Shown here: positions 11,526-23,735 of the stretch, piece after piece | How the letters are laid out: each line of letters starts with the position of its first letter | Numbering within the stretch: position 1 is the stretch's first letter | Assembly (NCBI GenBank): GCA_002104945.1 | Contig: MCFH01000036.1 | Span: 248,001-312,000 of the forward strand | Length of the DNA stretch: 64,000 nt | Direction: 5' to 3' | Source: Piromyces finnis finn | Lineage: Eukaryota; Fungi; Neocallimastigomycota | Made by a program: the position numbers and the translations under genes | Notes under the pieces: model-generated | What the model was told of the DNA's origin: nothing | What the model saw: the letters and a program-made list of their open reading frames with translations, nothing else | Databases searched by the model: none

Positions 11526-11546
11526 GATAATAATTTTAAAAAGAAT

Positions 11547-11579
<33 letters not shown>

Positions 11580-12337
11580 ATAGAAATAATACAGACAATA
11601 CTAAAATATAATCCTTTTTAGAATGGTAGGCATTATACTTTTCATTAACTGATTATTGTTTCTATTTTTGAATAAAAATACTATATAAAACTTGAAAATA
11701 AAAAAAAATTTATATTTATAATAATATATTAATCATTCACGATAATAACTTTTTTGTTGCTGTTGTGTTTTTTTTTTTTTTTTCATTTTTTGGTTTTGTT
11801 TTTTCTCTTTTTTTTACTTTTGTTTTCCTTCCCGTTTTTTTTTTTTTTTATCTTTTTAATTTTGTGTTTTTTTTTCCTTTTTCATTTTTTAGATTTTTGT
11901 ATATTTTTTAATTTTATTAAATTGTTTTTTTTTTTTTTTTTTAATAATAAAATTTTATTTTTGTATTTTTGGTTGGGTTTTGGGAGATTATTTTATATTT
12001 ATATTTTATACTTGTAATCTACTTTCTAATATTAACAACATTATAGATTTATTGTTTTATATTATTTTATAGTGTTTTTTTTTTTAAATACTAAATATAT
12101 AATAAAAATAATCATTGTAAAAAAAATAAAAAAATAAATTATTGAAAAAATAAATTATAAAATATTAAATAAGATGGTTATAAATTTAATGAAATCTTTT
12201 TAATAAAAATTATATATATATTTTTTAGAATTATAAAAATTATATATATTACTATTTCATTATTATTATTATTGAAAGATTATTTAATGATATATCATTA
12301 AACAAATTCTTCAATAAATCCTTTTGGATTTCGCAGC

Positions 12338-15300
12338 TTAGGAAAGAATATCGGTTAATTGATCTAATAAAGCAGACATTTGACCTTGGGTCATTTGGAC
12401 ATGACTTTCGGTTTCGGTAATTAAATCTGTAATTTCATTTTCAATTTCTTGTACCTTGTTTTCTAATTCAACTACCTTTTCCTTTAAGAGTTTCTTTTCT
12501 TCAATAGTGCGATTTAATTCATCCTTAATTTCCTTATTTTCCTTTTCCATATTGCTTCCTTCAGTCTTACTCTTCATTTCAGAAAGTTGAATTTCTAATT
12601 GACTCTTTTCTTGGTTGTTTTGAGCAATTTGTTCTTCAAGTTCATGTTGCTTAGTTTCAAATTTGTTTAACATATCCATGGTGGATTGATGAGTAGAAAC
12701 AAGAGCTTCTAATTCATTTTCTAAATTCTTGATACGTTCATCACGACTAGACTTGACTTGTTCAATATGTTGTTCTAATTCCTTAATTAAAGAATTGTTT
12801 TCGTCAAATTCAAGGTTAACATTGTTATTTGAAACTTCACTAATATCTTCTGATTCTCTCTTTAAGGTCATTTCAGATTCATCAATGATAGTAGAGGCAG
12901 AAGATGAATTAGCTAATTGCTTAATTTCTTCATCAATATTTAAGCTGTTGTCTCTGATAGACTTTAAATTGCTTGATAATTGAACGTTAAAGTGAACCAA
13001 GTTTTCAATGGCTCTAACTTGCTTTTGAAGATCTTCGTAATCTTCATAAGTTTCATGAACTTGTTCTAATTCTTGTTCAAGGCTGAAGTTCTTGTTCTTT
13101 AAGTTAGCAATTTGAATTTCATAATCATCCTTAATCTTATTAGAAGCTTCTTCTAATTCCTTCTTTTCGGATTCAAGTGATTGAATTAATTCATTTTGCT
13201 TTTGAGCTGTAGTTTCCTTTTCTTCTTCATAACCCTTAATAGTTTCCTTTAATTCAGAAATTTCCTTTTCCTTGGCTTCCTTTTCACTTTCGTAATTCTT
13301 TATGGTTTCATTTAATTCATCTATGGCCTTTTGGTTTTTAGATTCAGCTTCACTTTCTTCATTCATCTTAGATTCAAGAGTAGCCTTCATAGCTTCGAAC
13401 TTTTCCTTAAATTCTCCAATTTCAGCTTCAAAGGTTTCACGATCATTGTTAATCTTTTCTTCTAAAGCTTTTCTTTCAGCTTCCTTTTCTTCTAAAAGTT
13501 TAGCCTTTTCAGCTTCTAATTCGGCAATTTTTTCTTCTAAGGATGGAGATTTCTTTTCAGCTTCTTCCTTTTCTTCTAAGAGCTTGGTCTTATCAGCTTG
13601 GAGAGCAGCAATTATATCTTGAAGAGCTTTCTTTTCTTCTTCAAATGTCTTCTTATCAGAAGCTTGTTGTTCTAATAATTGGGCATTTTCAGATTCAAGT
13701 TGAACAGATCTATTAGCAGCTTCTAAAACTTCAGATTCATCATTCTTTTCTTCTAAAAGCTTGGCATTTTCAATCTTTAATAAGGCTAATTTATCTTCTA
13801 ATGAAATAATTTGTTCAGATAATTGTTCCTTTTCTTCTTGAATCTTAGCCTTTTCGGAATCAAATTCCTTTTCTTTTTCAGCAATAGCAATAGCCTTTTC
13901 AGATTCAAGAGCATCAATCTTATCTTGAAGTTCAAAGTCCTTTTGGGCTTCTAAAGCACCTATCTTTTCTTGAAGTTCTTGATCCTTTTGGGCTTCAAGG
14001 GCTTCAATCTTTTCTTTAAGTTCTTGATCCTTTTGAGCTAAAGAAGCATCTCTTTCAGCTTGAAGAGCTTCATACTTTTCTTGAAGATCTTCAGCTGGTT
14101 GAGCCTTTTGAGCATTTTCAAGTTGTTCAGCTAAATCATCAATTTGCTTTTGTAAATCAACCTTTTCAGCTTCAACAGCAGAAATCTTAGCATTAATTTC
14201 TTCTGTCTTTGCTAATTCTTGTTGTAAGCTTTCTTCTAACTTAGCCTTTTCTTGAAGTAAAGCATTGATCTTTTCCATAGTTTCTTCTTGTTCCTTTAAT
14301 CCCTTAGCCTTTTCTTGTTCTAATTGTTCTTCTAATTCCTTAGTCTTTTCATCTTGAGAACGAATACTTTGTTTGAGCATCATGATTTGTTGATTCATGA
14401 CTTCAAGAATTTCATCTTGATCTTCATCACCTGATGATAAGCCCTTGGCTGCATTATTGGCAACTTCATCCTTTAAGTTTTCAATTTCCTTCTTTAAATT
14501 GGCAACTTGATCCTCATAATCATCACCCTTTTGCTTTTCATTCATGTAAGATTCATTTAATTGATTGATCTTATCTTGGAAAGCATTAATTTGTTCTTGT
14601 GAACTTTCTTGGACCTTCTTTAATTCAGCTTCAATAGCTTCCTTTTCAGCAACAGCTTCATTTAAAGCAGTTTGAGCCTTAGTATAATCTTCTTCTAATG
14701 ATTGTTGTTCCTTGACCTTTTCTTCATACTTTTCTTTGTTTTCAGTCATTTCAACTTCCATAGATTTAGCTTTTTCCTTGATTTGTTCAAGTTCAGCAAC
14801 AAGTTCTTCATTCTTTTGGGTGAGAATTTCAATTTGACTTTCTAATTCTTTTTGAATTTGATCAGATTTTTGATTAAGATCTTGTTGTTGAGATTGAAGA
14901 GTTTCTTGAAGTTCTTGGTTTTGTTGTTCAAGAGCTTCATACTTTTCAATTTGCTTTTGTAAATTTTCGCTACTAAGAAGAATTTCTTGCTTCTTAATTT
15001 CAAGTTGTTCCTTAATTTCTTCTAATTCTTGTTCAAGGGCTTTCTTTTCTTCAATAGAAACTTCTGGAACATCTCTGGTTTCTTCTTCAACTTCTGGAGT
15101 AGTAGCTGGAGCAGCTTCAAAAGAGGAAACCTTTTCTTCTAAATCAGAAATCTTATTAACATAAGTTATATTTTGAGTTTGTAAAGATGAAATAATTTCA
15201 TTTAATTCATCAATCTTTAATTTGCTTTGAGCATTTTCTTCTTCTAATTGGCGACGATCATTTTCCTTTTCTTCAGCTTGTTCCTCTTCCTTTGAATGAT

Positions 15301-17931
15301 ATTCTTCAACAAGTTTTTCTAAGGCTTCAAGCTTTTCTTTTAATTGATCACGTTCAGAGGTGAGGGTTTCAATTTGTTCTCTAAGAGAAAGGATTTTTTG
15401 GTTTTGTTCTTCACAGCTCTTTTCAAGATCTTCAATGAGAGCCTTTTGTTCCTTTTCAACAGCCTTTAATTGTTCTAATTCAATTAATGGTTGTTCTTGA
15501 ACATCTTCGCCAACAGATTCATTTTCTTTAGTGATTTCACGGTTAATATCATCAAGATTTTCTTGTGCTTTTTCTAAAAGAGCAGCGTCTTCCTTAGCTT
15601 GAACAAGTTCAGCATTAAGTTGATCTCTAGCTTCAGTCATAGCAACTAATTCATCTTGAAGTCTTGCTATTTCATTATCCTTACCTTCTAAATCTTTGGT
15701 ACGTTCAGAAGAGACTTCTAAAGCTTGAGAAAGAGCTTCTTTTTCACCTAAAACTTCTTCTAATTGTTTTTGAAGCTCGGCAATTTCATTGCTCTTTGTT
15801 TCTACTTCTTGTTGGTATTTTTGTAATTGTTCCAATTCAGTTTTAGTCTTTTCAAGATCAGCCTTGGCTTCTTCTAAAGCATCAGTAAGTTGCTTTATTT
15901 GATTTTCGGCTTCTGCCTTATCATTGGAATCAGCTTCACGAGATTCGGCTTCTTCTAATTTAGCAGAAAGTTCTTGAATCTTATTTTCAAGATCTTCGAC
16001 AATTTCTGACTTGGCTTTTTCCATTTCAGAAGACTTGGATTCGAAATCCTTTAAGGCAACACTTAAAGTATTTCTTTCATTTTCGAGAGAAGTAACTTCA
16101 TCTTTAAGTTTTCCAATTTCTTCTTGAAGAATCTTTGATTCTTCGGCAAAATCATTCTTTTGTTGATCTAATTGTTCCATTAAATCAACATTGGCTTGAA
16201 CCTTAGCTTCATATTCCTTCTTAAAAGCTTCGAATTCTTCTTCGATAGCCTTCTTTTGAGCTTCCATTTCTTCGTATTCCTTCTTTTCATTATCAATTTC
16301 TTTCTTGGAAGCTTCAGCTAATTTATTAGCGTCTTCATTCTTTTGTTCTAATTCAACTAATTGAGTTTTTAATTCTTCAATTTCTTGTTCTTTAGCCTTC
16401 ATTTGATTCTTTAATTCTTTTAATTGAGAATCTTCTTCAAATGATTTATCCTTTATTTCATTAATTTGGGTATCTCTATCAGTAAGTTGTTCTTGGACTT
16501 CTTCTAATTTCTTTTCGATATCCTTAATGCTTTCAGATTTTTTTGCTAATTCTTCAGAAAGAGCAGCAGCAGCAGCCTTTTCTTTTTCTAATGCTTCAAT
16601 TTGGCTTTCTTTATTCTTAGCTTCTTCAGTTAAAGCTTCAATAGTAGCATTCTTTTGTTGAATAGTTTCTTGTAAAGCATCAATTGAAGAAGTGGCTTCT
16701 TCATGTTCCTTAGTTAAAGTATCTAATTGATCTTTTAAAGATTTTATTTCAGATTGAAGTTTTTCAACTTCTTCTTCAGAAGTAGATGGAGCTGAGTTAG
16801 TTTCAGAAAGGGAAGAAACTTGATTCTTTAATTCATCTCTTTCCTTTTCTAATTCAGAAATCTTTTGATTAAGCTTTTCTATTTCAGCTTGAAGGTCAGC
16901 AACAGTTTTTTCTTGATCTTCCTTTAATTTTTCATATTCTTTTTCCTTTAATGAAATCTTATTATTTAATTCAGAAAGAGCTGAATCATGACTACGAACT
17001 AAAGCATTCTTTTCTTTTTCCTTTTCTAATAATTGATCCTTTAATTTATTAAGTTCATTTTGAGTACTAGAAAGGTTAGTTTCAGCCTTCTTTAATTGGA
17101 AACTAACAATTTGTTCCTTTTCTTTTAATTCATTAATTTCCTTTTCAAGATTACTAGTATCTCTGATTATTGGTTCAGAACCATCAGCTGAATTGTTATT
17201 AGACTTGGCTTCTTCTAATTCCTTTTCTAATTGGAAAATCTTGTTTTCTAATTTGGCCTTAGCTTCTTCATAAAGTTCCTTTTTACGGGATTCAGCTGGG
17301 TTAAATGAACGACTATAACTAGTTCTAATATAAGTTGAACCAGTCTTTGGTGAAGATGGTGGAGTAAAGGTTGGAGACTTTCTAGAAGTAATAGTTGAAG
17401 CTCTTGGGATATAAGCATTTTCTCTTTCTTCTTTTTCTTTTTGAGCCTTTAATTCAAAAGCTCTTAAACGACTTAAAAATTTGCTTTTTCCCTGACTTCT
17501 AGTTTCCTTTTGTGGCTTTTCTTCAAAAATTTTCTAATATTATATTTAACAATTTAAATTTATAATAATAAAAATAAAATAAATCATTAATACATTTATA
17601 AATTAATTATTAACCAAGCAAGCAGTAATCATGAATTTCCAACAACTATATTTAACTAATGCATCTATTATTTTTATTAATAATACATATATTTGTCTTT
17701 CTCCTTTTTTCACCGTACAATAAAACATTATTTTATATTTAAAGGCTTAGAATATAAATATAAAAAATATGACCAATAACTGCTTGATTTCTTTTTTTTA
17801 ATAATACATTATTTTAATTTAATTATTATAGAGATATTTACCATGTAAGAATTAGATCTTGGTGAATTGAAAACTGAAGAGTGATCAGCAGTTAAGCCAC
17901 CTGAAGATTCACTACTATAACCATCAGACAT
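12338..17931 (-). CDS. Large acidic coiled-coil protein (1761 aa), function unknown
   Basis: Exon 1 is 17931-17842 (MSDGYSSESSGG...). Exon 2 is 17533-12338; I read the frame open from 17533 to the ORF-track start at 16402. E/K/Q/L-rich heptad composition throughout. Confidence 0.85.
13898..14032 (-). repeat. 3 x 45-nt (15-aa) in-frame tandem repeat
   Basis: KDQELKEKIEALEAQ / KDQELQEKIGALEAQ / KDFELQDKIDALESE. Confidence 0.9.
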
Positions 17932-18315
17932 TTTTATTTATTTTTTAGCTTTTGTATTTTATATTCTTAAAAACGTTTTATATTGTATTTTTAATTTGAT
18001 TAGATTCTTTTTAATATTTTGAGAAAAAATACTTTAGCATATATGTTGTAATAAAAGTAATATTTTCTCTTGTTTTTTAATAAAAAAGTTAATTTTTATT
18101 AAATTCTTTGAATATTTGGGAAGGTGAAAATTTTATTTCAAATTTTTTATAATTTTTGATTTAATAAATAATAATTATAATTCCTTTAAATATAGACTAA
18201 ATTACACCAATAAGATATAATAATTCAAGTGTATATTAAAAGATTATAATTTAAGAAAAAAGATAGTTTTGTTTTAATTTCTAAATGTTTTTAATATATA
18301 TTATATAAAAAATAC

Positions 18316-18405
18316 AAAATATAAATTAGTTTATAATTAATAAATTATTTTATTAGTTTAAAATATAAATTAGTTTATAATTAATAAATTATTTTTTATT
18401 AGTTT
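18316..18405. repeat. Tandem duplication of a 44/46-bp intergenic unit
   Basis: aaaatataaattagtttataattaataaatta(t4 or t6)attagttt occurs twice; the copies differ only in T-run length. Confidence 0.9.
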
Positions 18406-21400
18406 AAAATAGTATTTTTGAATTTGTTTGGAAAAAATTGTAACATTGGATTTAATTATCTTTAAATTTTAATTGGATATATTTATGAATATAATAATAT
18501 ATTTAAATAGTTTTTTTTTTCTTTAAAAAAATTATTATATAAAATATAGTTTTAAAGTTTTTCATGTGTATTATTGTTTATCATTTTGTAGGAGTAAAAT
18601 AATATAATTTATCATTTTCGTAGGAATAAAAAAATAAATTTTTAGTGTAATATTTTCTTTAAATTTTAAGCTATTTCCTATTTTTTACTTGTTTTCACAA
18701 AGTCCAAACAATAAAATATAAATAAAAATATATAATAAATAAAGTATATGTACGTTTTATGTATTTGTTTTGTTTTTTAAAAAAATAGATTTTCTTTAAA
18801 AATTTTCTTTTTTTAAATAAAAAATAATGGTTTTATTGAAAAAAAGAATTAAAAAAAAAAGAAGAAATGTGTATATTATATTTTAATAAATATATTAAAA
18901 ATAGTTTTATAATACTATAATATTATTATATTAATTAGATTAATTTTTTTCTAAATTTATAAAATAAAATAATAAACTATTGTTATCTATTATTTTATTT
19001 TTTAGTTTGTAGAAAGTACTATAATTTTATGTGAATTTAAAACAATTTAGTTTGATTATAAAAAACAAGTGAATGTGATTATAATCTAATTTTTAAATTT
19101 TTATATTGTATGAATATCTATCTATACTGTATAAAAATTTTTATAGTTTATAGAATATAATATAATAATATTACTTTTTTATTTAAATTGTTTTGAATAT
19201 TATCAATTTAAAAAATTTTATCTTCTAAAAAAAAATAAATATTTTAATAAGTTATTTTTATTAAGTGTGTATTTATGAATGTTTTTTTTTGTTTAACTAT
19301 TGATTTTTCTTTTTTAAAGTAAAATTATATAATATTAACAGAAGTTATTCATTAATTTTATCTAAAATCTAAAAAAAATAAATAGTTTCAAGCTAGATGT
19401 TTTGATTATTATTAAAACAATGTAGATTGTTATTCTAAAAAGTATATTTATGTTGTTAATTAGTATTTATTTGTTTTTTCAAATTTTTATTATTTTATTG
19501 ATTTGATGTTGTTTATTTATATTTATGGTTAAATAACGATTGCTGTTGTTTAACTTTGGTTTTATTATTACAAAAATAAAATATTAAAATACTATTAAAT
19601 AACAATAATTAGTTTTTTTTTTCTGAAAAAACTGTTGTTGATTTATTTACTATATTTAATATTTTAAAATTCAAATATAAATGTTATAAATAAAACACCC
19701 TTTTGTTAATTATTGTTTTTAATTTTTTTTTTTTTTTTTTTTTTAACAAGTTGAATCTATATTTTTTTATATTATTTGAAAATAGTTATATTAATCTTTT
19801 TGTTATTGATTACTATAATATTATCTAATTTTAATTCATAGACAAATCATTTCCATATATTATAAAAAAATAAATAATATATTTATTATATATATAATAT
19901 CAACTTTCTTTCTATTAAAAAAAAAAGTCCTCTTTTTTCTTTTCTTTTTTTTTAATTATTATTATTTAAAAAAAATTAAAAAAGAATCTATTATATAAAT
20001 TAGTGTTTGTTGTTGTTAAAGAGAAAAAAAAAAATTTTTTTTTTGCTGATGCTAATTAAATAATAATTATTAAATCTACCATAGATTAATTTATTTTTTT
20101 TTTTTTAACTTGCTACACTCTTTGCTAATTTAATTATAAAAATCAGTTGTTTTAGGATGGTTGTTTTTTTCTCGATAATATATTTAATGTATAATATAAT
20201 ATATTATATACATATATTATAATTATAAATTAAATTAAATATATCATCATCATCTTATTTTTTTTAACTATAAATATATATAATAATATTAATAATTATA
20301 TCATAAAAATTTAAACTAACCATAATTAATATATAAAAATTAAAAAGGTTGTGTAATCATTATCGATTCATCCATATAATATATTTTAATAAATTTGTAT
20401 TACAATAACATTATTCATATATTAATGTATATAAAATAATAAAATTTCATTTATTATTCATTTATATTCAAATTAAAATAATTTTTTTCATATTTTTTAT
20501 ATTTATTCCATATATTAAATATATGATAGAATTATATTCCGAATATTATTGATAAATTAATTTTATAAAGTAATTTATTATATAAATACTTGATAGTACA
20601 AATAAAGTTTGCAATGTGCATGAAAATATCAGTATATTCCAATATATATAAAACATATATTACTGTAGAAAACAATGCATTTAATAAATATATAATTTAT
20701 ATATATTATTTAATTATGAAATGTAACATTAAAATAAATTGTATTAAATTTGTATACAATATCTAATTAAGTTTTAGAGGTTAAAAAAAAAAAGGCTTTT
20801 TCATTATTTCCTTACTTCTTCATCATAATACTTTATTGTTAAAATAGTGAAAGACATTTCTGCTCAACCACAAGAATGTCTATATCTTCTTTTAACTTAT
20901 TTTATAAGAATAAGAATTTTGGTCTATTTTTGTAATATTAATTTATGATTAGCATTTGTAACAAATTATACTTTTTATTAGAATTTTTATTAAAGTATGA
21001 AATTAATTAATAAAATGATAGGAACATTAGGCTTATAAAAAAAAAGTGAGTGATGCGCTAATAAAATTTTTTAACCATTTTAAATAAAATGTTGTCAATA
21101 GACAAAATATTAAAGGGTATATCAATTTCAATTTCAAATAGTAATAAACCATTTTGACAAACCATCTTCTTACAACTATTTCTTTTTATTAATAATGCAA
21201 ATAGTCATCAACATCAACAATATCATTTCTTTTTTTCACTATTGCATTACCTTTTATATAATTCATATCCTATTATGGAATGTTTCAGAAATGTACTTTC
21301 CTCTTTTTTATATATATTACATTTTTAGACATTGAATCTTTTTTTTTTTTTTCTTATATTTCTTGCTGTAATCAAAAATTTAGGTTATTTTTTAGCCAAA

Positions 21401-22268
21401 GCACTATTATAAACTATTTTTTAATTAAATATTCCTCGATAATGATTGGTCAATATTAATAAAACTTAAATTTTATTATAATGATTTTACTTTTATTCAT
21501 TGGATAATTTAATTTGTGACACTTTCCTTTTTTATTTAATTAATTTTCATCTAATTAAAAAGATAAGTTAATAATGAAAAAAAAAAAAAGATGATTCATT
21601 TCATATTTAAATAATAATGAATGATAATGTTGTTAAAAAAATGTATGATATTATTTTTTTATTAATATATATTTTATTATTAAGCCATATTAGGCTATAC
21701 ATATTTCTATTTAATACTGTCTATTAAAACTAATAGAATTAAAAGAATTTATGTTTTTAAATACTAATAATGTATCATTAAATACAACTACATTTATAGC
21801 CTACAGAAAAAAATCTATTTTATAATTGGTTTTTTATTATAAAATAGTTTTTTAATGATTCTTTCTGTATGCTATCATTGAAGTTGAATTTAATAATACA
21901 TTATTAGTATTCAAACTTTAGAAAAGTTAAACAACAAATAGATATAAATAATTGACGCGAAATGGAAAAACCCACATTTATTTTATTTTTGTATTTTATA
22001 GATAAAGGTTGTATTATTACAATTTAATATTCTGTTGATAAAATTATTCATTTTTTTTATGGTATAACTTAAGCTATAATTATTTTTAATCTTTATACAT
22101 AAAAATAATTATCCTAAACAAATATATATTATTAATTATTGATTACCTTTTTTCATAAATATTTATCATAAAATATTATTTTTTATAATATCATGTATGC
22201 TCAACACACTGAATTAGGTTTATATTTAAATTTAGCGTAAAAGAAAAAACAAATAACAGTAGAAATGA

Positions 22269-22321
22269 ATAAATATATTCCCTTAATTTATTATTAAAAA
22301 AAATTAAGGGAATACATTTAT
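22269..22321. repeat. Inverted repeat / hairpin, 21-bp arms, 11-nt loop
   Basis: ataaatatattcccttaattt (22269-22289) pairs with aaattaagggaatacatttat (22301-22321) with one mismatch. Confidence 0.85.
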
Positions 22322-23564
22322 AATAAAATAGTATTTACTTGTTAAACTGGGAAAATGAAAATTAATTTTATTAAATATAGCTATTTCCCTTTCTTAATAT
22401 ATCATTTCGTTTTAATAAAGTTTTTTCTTCTTTTATAAGTATCATTTACATAAATATAATAAGAATAATCATGATTATAATAAATCACATGATAAAATAA
22501 ATGAGGGTTAATTTTTTGTATAGAAAGAATTTAATTTTAATAATATATGTTTTATTAATAACTTTATATATTACATTCCAATATTTCTATTCTGTCTAAA
22601 TACTAAAACTAAAACATTAACTTTGTCGTTGTTAACTATTAAAACTTTAACTAAAAACAAGAAGCCCTCTTAATAATAATTATTCACTATTCTATTTATA
22701 CGAATGAAGCCTACCTAATAACCAAATGACCAATAATAAGGCTGGAATTGTATGGATAATACATCTATAGTATTATTTTACATTACAAGTTCTTACACTT
22801 GTATTACATTCTTATACATTATAAAAATAGTTAATATTATAACAAAACTATATAAATTTAATATTAGGAAAAATTGACTAATATAATAATAGGTTCAAAG
22901 TCAAATATTATTTTTATATTATAAATATGAATATAAAAATAATATAATTATAATATAATATAGCAAGATAGCAAGTCATACTACTAAAAATAAAATGTAT
23001 ATATATTAATAGCTTTCTTTATTAAAAATGATTAAGATGTTATTCTTTTTCTTTTTACCCAATATTAAAAAAGTTTTAAATTGTATTTTTTTTTCTCATA
23101 TGTTTTAAATCTTAATCTTTTTATAATTAATTATAATTAATATATGTAATATAGAATTTTGTACATCAACTTTTTTTATATATGCTTATTATAAATTAAA
23201 CAAATATTTAAAAGGGTTATTTGATATACATAAAACTACTTGTTTTAAAAACAAGTAATTTTTAATAAAAATTACAAACTATTATTTTTAATTTTTAGTA
23301 TATATAATGATCCATTTTTTTTTATTTTTTTGGTTTTAATTTATACTTGAATAGTAAACTTAATGGTTGTTTTATTAAATATATTTTATTATTGTTATTA
23401 TTATAGCTATTTGGAAGAAATTTATCTTTTTTTCTTTTATTGTAGTATTTCACAATTATTTTACAGTTATTTTGTAACAATAAAAAAAAATTGCTAAAAA
23501 TAAAAAGGTGATTATTGATATATTTTTTATTGAAGTAATATATTAAATAATATTAATATGCCAA

Positions 23565-23735
23565 TATGCTAATACAATGAAGTAAATAGTAAATAAGGAT
23601 ATTAATATGTTAATACGATGAAATAAATAGTAAATAAGGATATTAATATGTTAATACGATGAAATAAATAGTAAATAAGGATATTAATATGTTAATACGA
23701 TGAAATAAATAGTAAATAAGGATATTAATATGTTA
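23565..23735. repeat. 41-bp minisatellite, ~4 copies
   Basis: Unit gatattaatatgttaatacgatgaaataaatagtaaataag is exact at 23598, 23639 and 23680, with a partial copy at 23721 and a degenerate copy before 23598. Confidence 0.95.

Noticed and set aside
12729-15846. Plus-strand ORFs overlapping the coiled-coil gene (likewise 36413-39469 and others opposite real exons)
   Set aside because: S/L/F-rich antisense shadows of E/K-rich codons.
21100-21330. Slightly GC-richer patch as a pseudogene fragment
   Set aside because: Several stops in the frames I translated and no recognisable motif; cannot be supported without a search.
22269-22335. Hairpin as a Helitron 3' terminus
   Set aside because: No CTRR end just downstream, the stem is AT-rich, and no RepHel remnant lies nearby.
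22715-22770. Minus-strand peptide DVLSIQFQPYYWSFGY resembling the GH31 PPYWSLG motif
   Set aside because: Ends at a stop with no flanking GH31 similarity; probably chance.
23565-23735. 41-bp array as a CRISPR locus
   Set aside because: Units are contiguous with no unique spacers, there are no cas genes, and the context is eukaryotic.
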